From positions 510,001 to 542,000 of the forward strand of contig NZ_CP146064.1 of NCBI RefSeq assembly GCF_037013405.1: DNA of 32,000 nucleotides. The letters are read 5' to 3'. Positions within the stretch are counted from its first letter, which is position 1. Every line of letters begins with the position of its first letter. The notes beneath the pieces were generated by a model. It was not told the DNA's origin. It was given only the letters and a program-made list of their open reading frames with translations, and ran no database searches. Source of the DNA: Candidatus Nanosynbacter sp. BB002. GTDB lineage: Bacteria > Patescibacteriota > Saccharimonadia > Saccharimonadales > Saccharimonadaceae. This document shows, piece after piece, positions 1 through 7,559 of the stretch. The translations under genes and the position numbers were made by a program.

Positions 1-1
1 C

Positions 2-277
2 CTCACCTACGCGGCTCAGTGGTACGAGCCAGCCGTCCATCACATTAACGCCTACATTGATGATCAGAACCAAAAAGTCACCGGCACAGTGACGGTCCGC
101 CTATACAAAGGTACCATCACCGTCGTCAGCGTGGACTCACCGCATTCGTTGTTTGATATCAATCTTGCAACGTTTGATTCCAACACCGCATTCAACCAGA
201 ATTCGTCCGCCGGATTCATTGAATTATATTCATTAAGTCAGCGAACAGCTGAAGGAGCATACTCATATGGCAAATAA
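2..277 (+). CDS. argG: argininosuccinate synthase, C-terminal fragment (5' part lies upstream of the window)
   Basis: The frame is open from nt 2, the same frame as track ORF 89..277. It reads LTYAAQWYEPAVHHINAYIDDQNQKVTGTVTVRLYKGTITVV...AGFIELYSL, which resembles the conserved ArgG C-terminal region (VTG-V-L-LYKG, GFI-LY). It is followed directly by argH. Confidence 0.8.
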   Translation, partial: LTYAAQWYEPAVHHINAYIDDQNQKVTGTVTVRLYKGTITVVSVDSPHSLFDINLATFDSNTAFNQNSSAGFIELYSLSQRTAEGAYSYGK

Positions 278-1463
278 ACTATGGCAATCAACCGCAACCG
301 GCTCACTCCACCCACTAGTCGAGTCATACACCGTTGGCGACGACCAAGTGCTGGACCAACATTTGCTGGGGCATGATATCACCGCCACTAAAGCGCACGC
401 TCACATGCTAGAAAAAATTGGCGTATTGACCAGCGACGAGTATCAACAATTAGCAGCCGCCTTGGACGAGCTGCTGAACGAGTGGAAAACTGGTGCCTTC
501 ACCCTCACCAGCGAGCACGAAGATGGCCACACCGCCATTGAGCTGTATCTGACAGAAAAGCTCGGCCCCATCGGCAAAAAGGTTCACACTGGCCGAAGCC
601 GCAATGACCAAGCCTTGGTGATGATGCGCTTGTTCATCAAAACAGAGCTTGAAGCAGTAGCCGAAAAGCTGGAAGCAGTCGCCCAGGCCTATGCTGGCAA
701 AATCACTGCCATCGGCCAGACCGAAATGCCTGGCTACACCCACACCCAAAAAGCCATGCCAACCACAGTCAGCATGTGGCTTGGTTCCTACCACGATGCG
801 TTCAATGACCTCCGACAACTGGTGGCACACAGCATCGCCGCCATCGACCAAAATCCACTGGGTAGCGCCGCTGGCTTTGGCGTTACGCTGCCACTTGACC
901 GCCAGATGACGACCAGTGAACTGGGCTTTGCCAAAGTGCAAGAAAACCCAATGTACTGTGGTCTGTCACGCGGCGTGTTTGAACTAATTGCCGTGCAAGC
1001 GCTCAACCCAATCATGGTCTTTGCTGGTAAATTTGCCGAAGACATGTTGCTATTTACTTCGCAGGAGTTTAATTATTTCAAACTGCCCGTCACCATGACC
1101 ACCGGCTCGTCCATCATGCCACACAAACGCAACTACGACGTCTTTGAGATTATGCGCGCTACTGCCCACGCTTATCCAAATTATGCTCTGCAGCTCCAAG
1201 CCATTTCGACAGGTGCCGGTAGCGGCTACCACCGTGATTTGCAGTTGACCAAAAAAATCACCATGGACGCCTTTACGTCGGCACTCGACACACTGGAAGT
1301 TCTGGCGCTCTGTGTCAGCGAGCTGGAAGCCAACACTGACCGATTGGCCGAGGCGATGACCGATGAACTTTACACCGTTGCCAAAATCAACGAATTGGTG
1401 GAAAAAGGTGTGCCATTCCGCGACGCTTACCAGAAGGTTAAGCAATCATTTCTGGGTGAATAA
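267..1463 (+). CDS. argH: argininosuccinate lyase (short, 398 aa)
   Basis: Carries the fumarate-lyase superfamily signature GSSIMPHKRN (GSxxMxxKxN) plus the TGRSRNDQ and GYTHTQKAMPTT motifs typical of ArgH. The ATG at 267 overlaps the argG 3' end by 11 nt. Confidence 0.9.
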   Translation: MANKLWQSTATGSLHPLVESYTVGDDQVLDQHLLGHDITATKAHAHMLEKIGVLTSDEYQQLAAALDELLNEWKTGAFTLTSEHEDGHTAIELYLTEKLGPIGKKVHTGRSRNDQALVMMRLFIKTELEAVAEKLEAVAQAYAGKITAIGQTEMPGYTHTQKAMPTTVSMWLGSYHDAFNDLRQLVAHSIAAIDQNPLGSAAGFGVTLPLDRQMTTSELGFAKVQENPMYCGLSRGVFELIAVQALNPIMVFAGKFAEDMLLFTSQEFNYFKLPVTMTTGSSIMPHKRNYDVFEIMRATAHAYPNYALQLQAISTGAGSGYHRDLQLTKKITMDAFTSALDTLEVLALCVSELEANTDRLAEAMTDELYTVAKINELVEKGVPFRDAYQKVKQSFLGE

Positions 1464-1494
1464 TCCCTGATTTTCACTGGTAACCGCCAACTAT

Positions 1495-1524
1495 TTGACA
1501 AACACAAGCTTTTTGTGCTATAAT
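1495..1524 (+). promoter_or_regulatory. sigma70-type promoter for the LOG-family gene
   Basis: TTGACA (1495-1500), 18-nt spacer, TATAAT (1519-1524), with TG at 1516-1517 giving an extended -10. It lies 38 nt upstream of ATG 1563. Confidence 0.7.
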
Positions 1525-1562
1525 CAAAAGATACGTGAATTAAAACATAAAAAGGCAGAAAA

Positions 1563-2261
1563 ATGACAGACAACAAAGATCTGGTGTGTATACCACGCGA
1601 AATTGAACTCCAAGCTGCAATGTTCCGTTTGGGCAATATTAACGAGGAAATTCAAAAAGGTTATGAAATTCTCAAAAAATACCATAAGACGGTGACCTTT
1701 TTCGGTTCGGCGCGTACCTGCCCAGACAGCCCATATTACCAAGCTGCCAAAGAAGCCTCTGAGCGTTTGGCAAGCTTGGGTTATGCAGTTGTCTCTGGTG
1801 GTGGCCACGGTATCATGGGTGCTGCTAACGAAGGCGCCAACAAAGCGGTCCAAAAAGGTGCGCGCGCTGCCGGTGGTGAATCAATCGCCTTTAACATCAA
1901 ATTGCCCCACGAACAGGATCTCAATGAGTATGCGACTGAGGCGTTTGAATTTCAGCACTTCGCTCCCCGAAAAATCGTTATGACCATGTACGCTGATGCT
2001 TACATCTATTTCCCAGGTGGTTTTGGTACCTTGGATGAATTGGCGGAGATATTGACCTTGATCCAGACACAGAAAACCAATCGCGTACCAGTCATCCTGT
2101 TTGACACGGCGTTCTGGAGCGATTTGGATACGTTCTTCCGCAACCACATGTTAGCCGAATCAGCAATCGTCAAAGAAGACCTTGATATTTACACCATCAC
2201 TGATAGTGTCGACGAGATCATCGACATCGTTACCGCCAACAAAACCTATTGCGATCACTAA
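1563..2261 (+). CDS. LOG family / TIGR00730 Rossmann-fold protein (lysine-decarboxylase-like nucleotide phosphoribohydrolase)
   Basis: 232 aa with GGGHGIMGAANEGA and PGGFGTLDELAEILTLIQT, the two hallmark motifs of the LOG family. Confidence 0.85.
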   Translation: MTDNKDLVCIPREIELQAAMFRLGNINEEIQKGYEILKKYHKTVTFFGSARTCPDSPYYQAAKEASERLASLGYAVVSGGGHGIMGAANEGANKAVQKGARAAGGESIAFNIKLPHEQDLNEYATEAFEFQHFAPRKIVMTMYADAYIYFPGGFGTLDELAEILTLIQTQKTNRVPVILFDTAFWSDLDTFFRNHMLAESAIVKEDLDIYTITDSVDEIIDIVTANKTYCDH

Positions 2262-2737
2262 TCCAAGATGTCATCAACCCGCCGACAGATGCCGCCATCA
2301 CAAATGATGCGACTAACGGCTGGGTTGTGCGTCTGCGGATGATCCCGGAAACGGCGGTAAATTTCCTGACCCAGGGCAACTTTACCGTGTTTAGTGGTAT
2401 TCCTGCCAAGTGATAACTGATGGTGATAGTTTTCAACAATGTCCACAGGATGAAAAGAAATAATGTGCCCATCTATGTCTGCCAGTACCCAGTCGCTAGC
2501 TTTGAAACAGGCTCGCTTGTCGATTTCTGGAGCCACCGCCATCAGCGCCTGGTAGACTTCATTTGCTGTCGTATCACGCGGATCCAGACCCAAGGCACGC
2601 AATACACTGTGTGTTCGCGCCAATACATCCGACATCAACCGGATATCACTATCGTCACGCGTCATTCGATTTAGCTCCTGTAGAGCGATCTGTACATTTG
2701 CTCCTTCTCCTAGTAGTCGAGCTAAGTGTTGTGCCAT
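2258..2737 (-). CDS. hypothetical protein (159 aa), last gene of the fba-pfkB string
   Basis: Clean ORF whose ATG lies 2 nt after the pfkB stop. I recognise no family motif. Its stop codon interleaves with the convergent LOG stop (CTAA at 2258-2261). Confidence 0.55.
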   Translation of the reverse strand: MAQHLARLLGEGANVQIALQELNRMTRDDSDIRLMSDVLARTHSVLRALGLDPRDTTANEVYQALMAVAPEIDKRACFKASDWVLADIDGHIISFHPVDIVENYHHQLSLGRNTTKHGKVALGQEIYRRFRDHPQTHNPAVSRIICDGGICRRVDDILD

Positions 2738-2739
2738 GA

Positions 2740-3702
2740 TTATATACTCCTTTCCTGTAACGGCATCTCGTGGAGGGGAGCGCCTTTATGTAAAATTCCC
2801 GCCTTAGCACTAATTTTCGCGACGACGGCGCTGGAATTTGCGCTGGCAAAAATGACCGAATCTCGCAAACTGCCGCCTTCTGCCCATCTGCTCAAAAATC
2901 CTGAGGCAAATGCATCACCAGCCCCTGTCCTGTCAATGGCTGGGACGTCTTCATACATGCCAGCGCGGACAATTGTCTTGCCGTCGCTCGCCATGGATCC
3001 GTTGGCGCCGTCTGTGACCAGTAGTGTCGGCACCAAATACAGCCCGTGGCGAATCAAACTCTCCAAATCACTTCCTTCGACAAGCTGCTGCATCTCCTCT
3101 TTATTGACGGTCAAAATATCTACGTCTTGTAGTAACCCAAGCAATAGTTCGCGCTGCGCCAACTCTTTTTTGCCAGGATTAAAACAGATTTTAATGCCAC
3201 GTTCGCGCGCTTGGGTAAACAGTTTACTGAGCGTTTGTATTTGTCCCGCCAGGTTGGAAACATACAGCCAATCCGCCTGAACATTTTCCAGAGAAAAGTC
3301 GCCTGGATGGTAATGCGTCGAAGCGCCGCGATAGGTCAAAATAGTCCGCTCGCCATTTGGCGCTAAAAGCATGACCGAATATCCGGTGTTGTATTTGTCA
3401 GAGAATTTCACTAGCTGCGTACCAACACTTTCACTGTCCAGTGCATCCAACACTGCTTGACCTGCCGGATCGCGTCCAACCACTCCCATGAACTGGGTTT
3501 GGTGACCCTGACGAGCAAACGTCACTGCTGCGTTAGTAGCACCCCCACCGGTAGAGAAATGAATCTGATTGACATCAATCTTTGAACCCAGTTCCAAGCG
3601 CTGGAAGCAATGTTCTGGGCTTTCACAAACAGGCGCCAGTGCTGGCGAGTGGCTCAAAAATACGTCTTGAACAGCAGCACCAATGGTAATAATTTTAGCC
3701 AT
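2740..3702 (-). CDS. PfkB/ribokinase-family carbohydrate kinase (substrate unresolved)
   Basis: 320 aa. Has the N-terminal GGGATNAAVTFARQG motif and C-terminal DRTGAGDAFASGF, which matches the PfkB signature DTxGAGD. Its ATG shares 1 nt with the fba stop (TGATG), suggesting translational coupling. Confidence 0.85.
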   Translation of the reverse strand: MAKIITIGAAVQDVFLSHSPALAPVCESPEHCFQRLELGSKIDVNQIHFSTGGGATNAAVTFARQGHQTQFMGVVGRDPAGQAVLDALDSESVGTQLVKFSDKYNTGYSVMLLAPNGERTILTYRGASTHYHPGDFSLENVQADWLYVSNLAGQIQTLSKLFTQARERGIKICFNPGKKELAQRELLLGLLQDVDILTVNKEEMQQLVEGSDLESLIRHGLYLVPTLLVTDGANGSMASDGKTIVRAGMYEDVPAIDRTGAGDAFASGFLSRWAEGGSLRDSVIFASANSSAVVAKISAKAGILHKGAPLHEMPLQERSI

Positions 3703-4613
3703 CAGATCACCACCCTTCCGCTTGAACCAAATGCCATGATTTTTTCTTCAACGACTTTCTGGACTGCTAAATATACCTCGGGCATCAGCTTAACGATAGC
3801 ATATTCATTTGGATTTTCACGCAAGGTTTTTTCCAGTGTGGTGCGGAAAGCATAGCGCATATCGGAGTTGATGTTGATTTTAGAGACGCCAATTTTCGCC
3901 GCCTCCTCAAAATAATGCAGTGGCGTACCCGACCCACCATGGAGCGAAATCTGGCAGTGCAGCGCCTCGCGGATACGTGCCAATAATTCCAAATCCAATA
4001 CTTTCGGCACCGGATATTTACCGTGCAGATTACCGACTGCTGCTGCAAAGGTATCAATCCCCGTCGCCTCGACAAACGCCCGCGCACTGTCTGGTGTAGA
4101 AAAAGTTTTCTTGATCTCTTCATAGTCAATAGCTTCAGTGTGAACGTTAGAGCTGCCACCAAAATAGTGCGGCTCGGACTCGACCAACGCGCCGGTAAAT
4201 TTAGCGTACTCCACGACCTCGCGGGTTTTAGCGATGATTTCCTCGTCGGAAGCGTCGTGATTTGCCTGGGAAATGTCGATGTGCACAAACTCATAACCAG
4301 CGTCAATGGCTCGTTTGCAGCCCTCAACCGTTGGTCCATGATCCAGATTTAGATACATCTCGATGCCGTATTCGGCCTTGTAATTGTCCACCAAATCACG
4401 CACATTTTCCAGTCCCATGGCCTTCACTTCAGCGTCTGACACTTCGACCAAAACTGGCGACTGCAGCTTCTGTGCTGCCCGTGCCACTGCGATCAGCGTT
4501 TCTTGATTATCAATATTAAACGCCCCGACCGCAAAATGTTGCGCCCGTGTCCGCTGCATCAAATGACGCGCTCGCGTCGTGTTTTGCCGAATCTCTGAAA
4601 TCGATAGTCCCAT
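3702..4613 (-). CDS. fba: class II fructose/ketose-bisphosphate aldolase
   Basis: Motifs AFNIDN, LNLDHG, VHIDIS, LHGGSGTP and KININSD are typical of the class II aldolase family. I set the start at ATG 4613 (MGLSISEIRQ...), which has AGGGGG 5 nt upstream. The longer track ORF (to 4667) would run into the promoter at 4639-4668. Confidence 0.85.
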   Translation of the reverse strand: MGLSISEIRQNTTRARHLMQRTRAQHFAVGAFNIDNQETLIAVARAAQKLQSPVLVEVSDAEVKAMGLENVRDLVDNYKAEYGIEMYLNLDHGPTVEGCKRAIDAGYEFVHIDISQANHDASDEEIIAKTREVVEYAKFTGALVESEPHYFGGSSNVHTEAIDYEEIKKTFSTPDSARAFVEATGIDTFAAAVGNLHGKYPVPKVLDLELLARIREALHCQISLHGGSGTPLHYFEEAAKIGVSKININSDMRYAFRTTLEKTLRENPNEYAIVKLMPEVYLAVQKVVEEKIMAFGSSGRVVI

Positions 4614-4638
4614 ACTGCCCCCTAAAATACTTATGGTA

Positions 4639-4668
4639 ATTATAGCAATTAGCGCACGTTCTGCCAAG
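4639..4668 (-). promoter_or_regulatory. sigma70-type promoter for fba-pfkB operon
   Basis: On the minus strand: TTGGCA (4668-4663), 17-nt spacer, TATAAT (4644-4639). It sits about 25 nt upstream of the proposed fba ATG. Confidence 0.65.
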
Positions 4669-4708
4669 GGTGGTCTGCTACGCGTCAGGCCTGTGTGCAG
4701 TTGATAGG

Positions 4709-4737
4709 TTGACTTTTACGGTACTATGTGATATATT
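4709..4737 (+). promoter_or_regulatory. sigma70-type promoter, orphan (drives the small-ORF cassette)
   Basis: TTGACT (4709-4714), 17-nt spacer, TATATT (4732-4737), preceded by TGA to give the extended -10 TGATATATT (4729-4737). It is divergent from the fba promoter. Confidence 0.65.
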
Positions 4738-4750
4738 ACAAGTAACTTCT

Positions 4751-4802
4751 GCTCGAGGTTTGTCTGAGGGTGGAAGAGCCCTTTGACCTCGAGCACGTTT
4801 TT
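4751..4802 (+). terminator. terminator-like hairpin in the 5' leader (attenuator or about 55-nt sRNA)
   Basis: GCTCGAGGT (4751-4759) pairs perfectly with ACCTCGAGC (4786-4794), a 9-bp stem. It is followed by ACG and TTTTT (4798-4802). It lies about 10 nt downstream of the predicted TSS and 18 nt upstream of the small-ORF ATG. Confidence 0.5.
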
Positions 4803-4819
4803 CCTGAAAGGAGGGAAAA

Positions 4820-4987
4820 ATGTCGTGGAGATTTGCCCTCTTTTTAGGGGGCATTGCAGGTGTTACCGTCTATGTAGTGTGTTATGTTATGACACACTAC
4901 CTGGGCGAGCTCCCTGTCCCCCTGTACGTACCGGCGCTAATCAGCGCCTGTATCTGTACTATACTGCAAAAGTACATGGAGGGCTGA
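4820..4987 (+). CDS. small hydrophobic protein, 55 aa, two predicted TM helices (absent from the ORF track because it is under 60 aa)
   Basis: Hand translation gives MSWRFALFLGGIAGVTVYVVCYVMTHYLGELPVPLYVPALISACICTILQKYMEG followed by TGA. A strong SD, AAAGGAGGG, ends 5 nt before ATG 4820. The gene has its own promoter upstream and a hairpin downstream. Confidence 0.55.
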   Translation: MSWRFALFLGGIAGVTVYVVCYVMTHYLGELPVPLYVPALISACICTILQKYMEG

Positions 4988-4997
4988 GAGGGCTGAC

Positions 4998-5114
4998 GCC
5001 CACCGAAAATAGCTCGCTGAAAACTGGTTCAATCTGAGTTGAGACGCAATTTCTCGCGTTTCCTGGGTTGAGTTATCCAGTTTCAGCTTGAGCACGTTTT
5101 CGGTGGGCTATTTT
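4998..5114 (+). terminator. long imperfect hairpin (about 110 nt) with U-tract: terminator or structured RNA
   Basis: GCCCACCGAAAA (4998-5009) pairs perfectly with TTTTCGGTGGGC (5097-5108). Inner helices are GCTC/GAGC, GCTGAAAACTGG/CCAGTTTCAGC and an apical GAGACGC/GCGTTTC. TATTTT follows on the plus strand only, and its end touches the tkt stop codon. Confidence 0.45.
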
Positions 5115-6076
5115 CATTGGAGAAAATTTACGACGCTACGCACAATTGAATCGATATCTAAACCATGCTTTTGCCACAATTCAGACGTTTTACCTGACTC
5201 ACCAAACACATTGTTCACACCAATCCGCTTCACTTTCACCGGCAATTGTTCACTGAGTAGTTCTGTCACACTCGAACCAAACCCGCCAGCGATTTGCCCC
5301 TCTTCGGCCGTCACCACACAGCGGCATTTCTGAGCGGCATCCAGCACCGCCGCCTCATCCAACGGCTTGATGGTTGGAAAATGAATAACCTCCGCCTGGA
5401 TGCTATGCTGATTTGCCAGTATTTCCGCTGCCAGAAGCAATTGATAGGTCATCGTGCCAGTGCCCAGCAACGCCACGTCTGTTCCCTGACGCAGAGTATA
5501 GCTCTTGCCGATTTCAAATGTTGCCTGATTTAAAAACAGTGGCATATCAGCCCGCGGCAACCGCACATAATTTGGCCGCAAATCAGCCACCATCGCCGCT
5601 GCCATCAGCTCCGCCTCGTGCGCGTCGCCCGGCGCCAACACCACCATGCTCGGTAAACTCCGCATCAGCGCGATATCTTCCAGCATTTGGTGGGTCGCGC
5701 CATCTGGACCAACGTTCAGTCCTGCATGTGAACCAACCACCTTGACCGGCTGATTATTTAGACAAATCGTCGTGCGAATTTGCTCCCAGTTACGCCCCGG
5801 ACTAAACGAAGCGTAGCTAGCGGCAAACGGGATGTTGCCCATGGCTGCTAGTCCAGACGCCACCGTCACTAAGTTTTGTTCCGCCACGCCAACTTCAATC
5901 AGTCTCGGCGCACCGATATGCTCGGCAAATTTACCAAAACCGACGCTTTCTACCAAGTCTGCGCTCAACGCCACGACGCGGTCGTCCTGCTTGGCCAGTG
6001 TAACCAAACCGTCACCAAAACCACCTCGTACCGAAGTATAGGTAGGCGTTTGCCAGTCATCACGCAGGTACATCAT
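5114..6076 (-). CDS. transketolase, C-terminal subunit (pyrimidine-binding plus C-terminal domains)
   Basis: 320 aa with IEVGVAEQNLVTVASGLA and GPDGATHQMLEDIALMRSLP, typical of the transketolase Pyr domain. It has a 4-nt ATGA overlap with the N-terminal subunit gene. Confidence 0.9.
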   Translation of the reverse strand: MMYLRDDWQTPTYTSVRGGFGDGLVTLAKQDDRVVALSADLVESVGFGKFAEHIGAPRLIEVGVAEQNLVTVASGLAAMGNIPFAASYASFSPGRNWEQIRTTICLNNQPVKVVGSHAGLNVGPDGATHQMLEDIALMRSLPSMVVLAPGDAHEAELMAAAMVADLRPNYVRLPRADMPLFLNQATFEIGKSYTLRQGTDVALLGTGTMTYQLLLAAEILANQHSIQAEVIHFPTIKPLDEAAVLDAAQKCRCVVTAEEGQIAGGFGSSVTELLSEQLPVKVKRIGVNNVFGESGKTSELWQKHGLDIDSIVRSVVNFLQ

Positions 6077-6909
6077 TTCCTATCCTCCAACTGAGCCAAC
6101 GCTCGCTGCGCTTCCTCGGCAGTAGGAACTTTTCCATGCCAATGATAATCGCCTTCCATAAAATTGACCCCCTTGCCTGGTATGGTGTGGGCAATGATGA
6201 CACTTGGTCTATCCGTCACAGCGCGAGCCATACTCATGGCCTCACAGATACTCTCCATATTGTGCCCATCAATCTCCTGAACGTGCCAGCCAAAACTGCG
6301 CCATTTGCCTCGCAAATCTTCCAGCGGCATGACGTCCTCAGTACTACCACCAATTTGAATATTGTTACGATCAACGATGCCGATGAGATTGCCCAAGTTG
6401 TATTTACCAGCAAACATCGCTGCTTCCCAGATATTACCTTCGTCTAATTCACCATCGCCCATCAGACAATAGACAAACCGCTTGGGTTGCGGATGCAAGT
6501 ATCGTACATGGTATGCCATACCCGAAGCTTGACTCAAGCCCGAGCCCAAGGGTCCGCTAGTCGTCTCGATACCAGGCAGTGCTTGACGTTCTGGATGCCC
6601 CTGCAATCGAGAGCCAAACTGTCTGAGTGTCGCCAATTCTGTCTTGGGAAAGAAACTACGCTCCGCCAAAGTCGCGTACAGTACCGGCGCGCAGTGACCA
6701 TTGCTCATGACGAAGAGATCTCGTTCATCCCAATCAGGGTTTTCTGGACTGATGTGAAGCACAGCAAAATACAAAGCCGTCATGATGTCCGCCAAGCCTA
6801 AGGCGCCAGCAGTGTGACCACTACCAGCGTGTTCCAGCATGGTGATGATGGAGCGGCGCACTGACGAGGCATGCTGCTCCAATTGTTTACACGTGACGTT
6901 TGGCGGCAC
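6073..6909 (-). CDS. transketolase, N-terminal (TPP-binding) subunit
   Basis: 278 aa with GSGHTAGALG, SNGHCAPVLYA, GPLGSGLSQASGMA and GDGELDEGNIWEA, the TPP/metal-binding GDG-x-N region. Confidence 0.9.
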   Translation of the reverse strand: MPPNVTCKQLEQHASSVRRSIITMLEHAGSGHTAGALGLADIMTALYFAVLHISPENPDWDERDLFVMSNGHCAPVLYATLAERSFFPKTELATLRQFGSRLQGHPERQALPGIETTSGPLGSGLSQASGMAYHVRYLHPQPKRFVYCLMGDGELDEGNIWEAAMFAGKYNLGNLIGIVDRNNIQIGGSTEDVMPLEDLRGKWRSFGWHVQEIDGHNMESICEAMSMARAVTDRPSVIIAHTIPGKGVNFMEGDYHWHGKVPTAEEAQRALAQLEDRK

Positions 6910-7559
6910 TAGCCCAACATGCCCTTTTTGTTAATTTCATTTTGAATGTTTTGATAGGCTTCTCGAGGATTTGGCGATTTTTGGATAGCACCACCAACCA
7001 CCAAAACATTGACGCCGCTGTGCGCCAAGCCATAGGCGTTGTCTGGCATAACGCCACCGTCCCAGCCAATCTCTACAGCCGGGTTGATGTCTTTGATGAG
7101 GCGGATTTTTTCCAATTGCATCAAACTGGCACTGCCGCCAAAACGACCAAGTTCGCCAGAAAATATCATGACGTGATCTGCTGCCTTGATAAGGTCAACG
7201 ACGGTACTGGGAACAGTTGGACGCATCAACACCAAGCCAGCTTTGATATCTGCTTGTTTGATTTTCTGCAGCGCGCCGAGAACGTCGCCGTCAGACTCAG
7301 CGTGGAGCAAAATCATATTTGGGCGTAGCGCCACCAAATCTTCTATGTATTCATCGACATTTTTCACCATGGCATGAATATCAATTTGCCAGCCTTCTGG
7401 TGCCCACAAATCTCGCAAACCAACTGTCAAGTTTGGCGCAAATTGGCCATCAGAAATATCAACGTGCGCTCGCTCGGCAAAACCAGTGATTCGCTCAATT
7501 TGTTCTTTGTATTGATCGACATTTTCCGCCAAAATACTAGGAGTGATTACTGTGGTCAT
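6909..7559 (-). CDS. rpe: ribulose-phosphate 3-epimerase
   Basis: 216 aa. PSILA...HVDISDGQFAPNLTVG and the C-terminal IGWDGGV...VLVVGGAI resemble the Rpe TIM-barrel motifs (H-D-MDG-FVPN, DGG, GSA). It sits inside the pentose-phosphate operon. Confidence 0.75.
   Translation of the reverse strand: MTTVITPSILAENVDQYKEQIERITGFAERAHVDISDGQFAPNLTVGLRDLWAPEGWQIDIHAMVKNVDEYIEDLVALRPNMILLHAESDGDVLGALQKIKQADIKAGLVLMRPTVPSTVVDLIKAADHVMIFSGELGRFGGSASLMQLEKIRLIKDINPAVEIGWDGGVMPDNAYGLAHSGVNVLVVGGAIQKSPNPREAYQNIQNEINKKGMLG

Noticed and set aside
450-941. 163-aa antisense ORF, plus several other 60-130-aa ORFs, inside argH
   Set aside because: They lie entirely within a confidently identified gene on the opposite strand or in another frame. 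They have no SD or promoter and low-complexity composition, which is typical of shadow ORFs.
3702-4667. Long N-terminal extensions of track ORFs: fba to 4667, trxB to 13558, rpiB to 8044, DUF3850-like to 26121 and the 26058 start
   Set aside because: In each case an internal ATG with an SD or a -10 box matches the conserved family N-terminus. The extension would overlap a promoter or the neighbouring gene.
4783-5037. 84-aa track ORF in the fba-tkt spacer
   Set aside because: It starts at a non-ATG codon inside the leader hairpin, has no SD, and is Arg/Cys/Pro-rich with low complexity. The overlapping 55-aa frame (4820-4987) has a near-perfect SD and a coherent double-TM sequence, so I prefer that one.
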